Below are positions 62,510 through 64,000 of a stretch of 64,000 nucleotides of DNA, one piece after another (the first letter of the stretch is position 1; the number at the start of each line of letters is the position of its first letter). The stretch is from assembly GCA_973895155.1 (NCBI GenBank), contig OZ316891.1:7681808-7745807 (forward strand). The letters are read 5' to 3'. Both the position numbers and the translations under genes were made by a program. The DNA comes from Marsupella aquatica. Lineage: Eukaryota; Plantae; Marchantiophyta. Below the pieces are notes generated by a model. The model did not search any database. It had not been told where the DNA came from and worked only from the letters and a program-made list of their open reading frames with translations.

Positions 62510-63890
62510 TAGTTATTTTACTGGCCATTAAAATTTCAATTTTCACAAACTCTCTAACAGTACCTTAGTGGTCACTCGGTTATTTAAAATTTTCCCAGTC
62601 TCTCTATAGTGGTAACTTGGTTAATGAGTTAAAAAGCAGCATGGCCTTAGAACGGGCAGCTATATCTGAAAGAGTTTTAAAAAATAGCATGGTCTTAAAA
62701 CAGGCCAGCTATATCTGAATTGGGATAAGTTATTTTACTCGCCATTAAAATTTCAATTTTCACAATCTCTCTAACAGTACCTTAGTGGTCACTCTGTTAT
62801 TTAAAATTTTCCCAGTCTCTCTATAGTGGTCACTTGGTTAATAAGTTAAAAAAATAGCATGGTCTTAGAACCGGCCAGCTATATATATGTGAATGGGGAT
62901 AAGTTATTTTACTGGCCATTAAATTTTAAATTTTCACAATCTCTCTAAGAGTAGTTTAGTGTTCACTTGGTTATTAAAAATTTTACGAATGTAGCTTGGT
63001 TGGCTACAGTAAAGACTGTTGGGATTTATTTGTTTGCATTTTTGAGTGCATTACTTTTCCATTCAACCTCCCTTCTTTTGAGGAGAGGATTATGGAAAAC
63101 ACCATATTCACAAGAAATGTGAAATCCAAATATAGTTTTACATATAAAACAAAATAGTAGATTGTATCAAAGATCATAAGATTTGTTTTTAATTCTTTCG
63201 TGTTTTTTGGCCAATTGCATAATAATCACTTTTTTTCATGGTCCTTTAATTTCAATTTTCTATTTTAAAGATTCACTTTTTCTAACCAAAACATCATTCA
63301 AGTTTTTACTTATATTTGTGTGATAGTTAAAGGCATTATATTTCACAATGCCCACTAACCAGGACATTATCCTATTCATATTGGTCACTTGGTATTCTGA
63401 AGGAGTAAAAGCTATTTTGCTAGCCAATGAAATTTTAATTTTCACAATCTCTCTAACAATACCTTAACTATTGGTCACTTGGTTATTTATAAGTTTTGGC
63501 AGTCTCTCAGCAGTATTGTAGTGGTAACTTGGTTCGCTATTCTGAACGGGCAAATTTTTAATTTTCACAGCCTCTCAACACTGCAGGGGTATCTTGGTGC
63601 AATTCTGAATGGTGAACTTTTTTTTTTTTTTGCTTCCAGGCTTTCCCTGGTGGCCATTCTAATTTCTCCAAGTCTCTCTATCATACTGGCTTAACTTGGT
63701 TTAGGATCCTGGATGGCAAAAAGTTATTTTTACTTGCTTCTTGACTTATGTGGGTGGCCATTAAAATTTTACCAGTCTCCCATAGTACATAAGGGGTAAC
63801 GTGGTTTGCGATTCTGAATAGTGAAAATTTATTTTTACTTGGTTAGAGACTTTTGCAGGCATCCATTAGAATTTTCTCAATCTGCTTTTC
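62510..63890. repeat. AT-rich tandem/dispersed repeat (~175-220-bp unit beginning AGTTATTTTACTGGCCATTAAAATTTCAATTTTCACAA), 3 good copies plus degenerate ones
   Basis: Copies start at ~62510, ~62728 and ~62902. Decayed copies lie at ~63410-63890. Confidence 0.85.
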
Positions 63891-64000
63891 CCTAATTTCA
63901 ATTACACCCAAAGCATGTGTTTGTGTACTATTTCAACACAAAAATCCAGGGGCAATTTGTCCCATAAATACTATTTCAGGATGTGATATCTGCAATTTAG

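Overview
Eukaryotic land-plant genomic DNA with GT-AG introns. Gene content and long leaders suggest a bryophyte or liverwort, but that is inference. The window has two halves. About 1-27.3 kb is a decayed, nested transposable-element block: L1-clade LINEs (one inserted into another with a readable 14-bp TSD), Ty3/gypsy-like remnants with a PBS and an accessory coiled-coil ORF, a 34-bp palindromic minisatellite, a MITE and a ~0.9-kb inverted repeat pair. About 27.7-64 kb is a gene island: MBD10/11-like (+), CDC6 (+) starting only ~950 bp behind it, a possible unknown or pseudogenised ORF set near 41 kb, an intronless secreted LRR protein (+), a plastid histidine-phosphatase/PGM-family (CA1Pase-like) gene (-) and beta-carotene hydroxylase (-). 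Many short tandem duplications lie between the genes. The best leads are a possible shared promoter or polycistronic MBD-CDC6 unit, and a triplicated start-codon region that creates two uORFs homologous to the phosphatase N-terminus. No prokaryotic-type system is present. All gene models were spliced by eye and internal exon boundaries may be off by a few bases.
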